Below, piece by piece: positions 61,601-64,000 of a stretch of DNA of 64,000 nucleotides. Below the pieces are notes generated by a model. That model saw nothing but the letters and a program-made list of their open reading frames with translations. It was not told the DNA's origin and made no database searches. The position numbers were made by a program, and so were the translations under genes. Location of the stretch: assembly GCF_009914755.1 (NCBI RefSeq), contig NC_060926.1, one strand, 5' to 3'. This stretch comes from the human T2T-CHM13v2.0 reference genome, Homo sapiens. The stretch's first letter is position 1, and the number at the start of each line of letters is the position of its first letter.

Positions 61601-61971
61601 GCAGAGGCTGCAATCTCGGCACTTTGGGAGGCCAAGGCAGGTGGCTGGGAGGTGTAGGTTGTAGTGAGCCGAGATCACGCCACTGCACTCCAGCCTGGGC
61701 ACCATTGAGCACTGAGTGAACGAGACTCCATCTGCAATCCCGGCACCTCGGGAGGCCGAGGTTGGCGGATCACTCGCGGTTAGGGGCTGGAGACCGGCCC
61801 GGCCAACACAGCGAAACCCCGTCTCCACCAAAACCAGTCAGGCGTGGCGGCGCGAGCCTGCAATCACAGGCACTGGGCAGGCTGAGGCAGGAGAATCAGG
61901 CAGGGAGGTTGCAGTGAGCCGAGATGGCAGCAGTACAGTCCAGCTTCGGCTCCGCATGAGAGGGAGACCGT

Positions 61972-62040
61972 GGGGAGAGGGAGAGGGGGAGGGGGAGGGG
62001 GAGGGGGAGGGAGAGGGAGAGGGAGAGGGAGAGGGAGAGG
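61972..62040 (-). repeat. SVA 5' hexamer repeat (CCCTCT)n with CCCCCT variants
   Basis: gggaga and ggggga units. Confidence 0.95.
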
Positions 62041-63889
62041 GCATTTTTCTTTAAATGTAATTTTTTTCTTTAAATTCACCAGGGAAACCATCTGGATCTG
62101 ATTTTTTCTTTATGAAAAGTTGTTTCTAATTCAGTCTCTTTACTTATGATAGGTATATTTAAAATTTTTATTTCTTCTTGAGTTAATACGTGTAGTTTGA
62201 GTCTTTCTGGCAATTTGTCCATTTCATCTACATTATCTATCGGCATACATTTGTTCATAATGTTCCTTAACATCTCTTTTTTCCCCTTGTAACTTCAGTA
62301 TTAATGTACCTTCTTTTATTCCTGGTTTTAATAACTTTTTACTCTTTTTTTGTTCTTTCTCAGTCTACCTAAAGGTTTATTAGTTTTTCTGATCTTCTCA
62401 AAAAACTAACTTTCGGTTCTGTTGATTTTCTTTATTGTTTTTTAATTCTCTATTTTATACATTTCTGCACTAACTTTTCTTTCTTTGTGCTTTGGGTTTA
62501 GATTTGTATAGTGTCTTCAGATAAAAGATTCTTTATATGAGATCTTTTCTTTTGTTATGCAGTCATTTGTAGCTATAAATTTTTCTCCAGTTTACCTGCA
62601 TCCCATCAAATGTGATATGTTGTTATCTTCATTTTCATTTATATCGAAGTATTTTCTAATTTCTCTTGTGATTTCTTCTTTGACCCCTTGGTTATTTATG
62701 AGTGTGCTATTTAATATCGACATATTTGTGAATTTTCCAAATTTCTTTCTGTTACTGATTTCTAGTTTGATTCCATTTGTTGTTGGAGAATATGTTGGGT
62801 ATTATTTCAGTTCCTTTAAATTTACTGAGGTTTATTTCATGGCCTACCATATGGTTTATTGTGGAGAATATTGCATGTGCACTTGAGAAGAATGCCCATT
62901 CTGCTATTGTTGGATGGAGTGTTCTGTCTGACCTGTCAGTCAGGTCTCGTTAGTTTATGGCATTGTTCCAAGTCTTTTATTTCCTTGCTGATCTCTGCCT
63001 TGTTGTTTAATATGTTATTGAAAGTTGAGTATGGGAGTCTCCAACCATTATTGAATTGTCTGTTTTATAGGTACATATATTTTTATGTTTGTATCTTCTG
63101 ATGGAACGACCTTTAGCGTTATAAAATTTCCCTCTTTGACTCTAGTAACATTTTTATTTTAAAACTTTGTGTGATATTAGTATAGCTGTTCCACCTTCCT
63201 TACGGTGTAACTTTTTAAATCCTTTACTTATTATATATTTGTATTTCTGAAAGAAAAGTGTGTCTTTCTTTAGCAGCATATACTTGCGTCTTATTTTTTT
63301 TTTTTACCAGTCTGACATCCCTGCCTTTTGATTGATTTTTGTTATGTCAGTTAATGTTATTATTGATATGGTTGGATTTATATTTGTACTATTTTACTTT
63401 TTGCTTTTTTTGTTTCTCTTTTCCTCCTTTATTGCTTTCTTTTACATTCAGTGCATATTTTCTTGTGTAACATTTCAATTCCTTTAATGGTTTTTTCAGT
63501 TTTCTTTTTTTTAACTAGTTGCTTTAGGACTTAACCAGATACATCTTAACTTATCAGAATACTTCAGGCTTATAATAACTTAATTACAGTGAGATATAGA
63601 AATGTTACTTTATATAGCTCAGTTTCCTCTTTCCCCTTCTTGTGCTATTATTCTTATATATACATATATTACAAACCCAAAAATATATTCTGTAAAATTA
63701 TTACTTTATATAATTTATGTAATTTTATGTCTAGTAAGCTGAGAGAAGAGAGGAGAGCAAGTATGTATATATAGAAATTGTATATTAGCCTTCTATTGAT
63801 CATTTCTGGTGCTTTTCATTTCTTTCTATAGATTCACGTTACCATCTGGTATCATTTCCATAGGCCAAAACAACTTTGATTCCACTATA

Positions 63890-63980
63890 ATTATATACAT
63901 ATACATATATATGTATACATATAAAAAAATATATAGAGTATATATATACACACATATGGTTTTATACTATTTATACTATA
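63890..63980. repeat. TA-rich low-complexity tract
   Basis: tatatacatatacatatatatgtatac... Confidence 0.7.
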
Positions 63981-64000
63981 ATAAATCAGTTAAGAAAAAA

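Larger units (their letters stand above)
59263..62040 (-). mobile_element. SVA (F-like, human-specific), 5'-complete with hexamer, SINE-R 3'-truncated
   Basis: Poly-T, partial SINE-R, VNTR, Alu-like domain and hexamers; E/F-type ctccgcatgagagggagacc and short accaaaaccagtcagg; perfect 12-bp TSD gcatttttcttt (59251-59262 / 62041-62052). Confidence 0.93.
58985..63890 (-). mobile_element. Old L1M ORF2/ORF1 region hosting the SVA
   Basis: Degenerate antisense L1 on both sides of the SVA (gatgttagctgtg; ttctttaaatg...aaattcaccagggaaaccatctgg; atgtgcacttgagaagaatg). Confidence 0.7.

Noticed and set aside
59514-62091. Pro/Gly/Arg-rich repetitive ORFs up to 226 aa
   Set aside because: Translations of the SVA VNTR, Alu-like domain and hexamer.

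Overview
This is primate, almost certainly human, genomic DNA; it carries an SVA_F-type element, a human-specific subfamily. The only protein-coding sequence is one 155-nt exon at 25878-26032 (+). It holds 17 nt of 5'UTR and the first 46 codons of PTPN4 (PTP-MEG1, a FERM-PDZ tyrosine phosphatase), with canonical AG and GTAAGT splice sites. The rest is intron, dense in transposable elements: about 23 Alu/FLAM copies (about 20 antisense to the gene), many L1 fragments, solo LTRs (MER11, two MER52, MSTA, several MLT1), DNA-transposon fossils (MER20, MER5, MER58, MER1/Charlie3, Tigger3) and a 2.8-kb antisense SVA. Nearly all ORFs in the track are repeat-derived or spurious. I find no support for a new multi-gene system. 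The most interesting signals are mechanistic scars: (i) an SVA 3'-truncated at what appears to be a newly created ATTAAA poly(A) signal; (ii) a 238-bp locally templated insertion capped by a perfect fold-back hairpin inside a MER52 LTR; (iii) a twin-primed L1PA nested in an AluJ nested in an old L1; (iv) a 135-bp L1 chimera joining ORF1 to the 3' terminus, with target-site deletion; (v) a start-codon exon bracketed by inverted repeats with an overlapping TAATG stop/start (circRNA hypothesis). Subfamily names come from recalled consensus features, not a RepeatMasker run. Boundaries of old elements are approximate.
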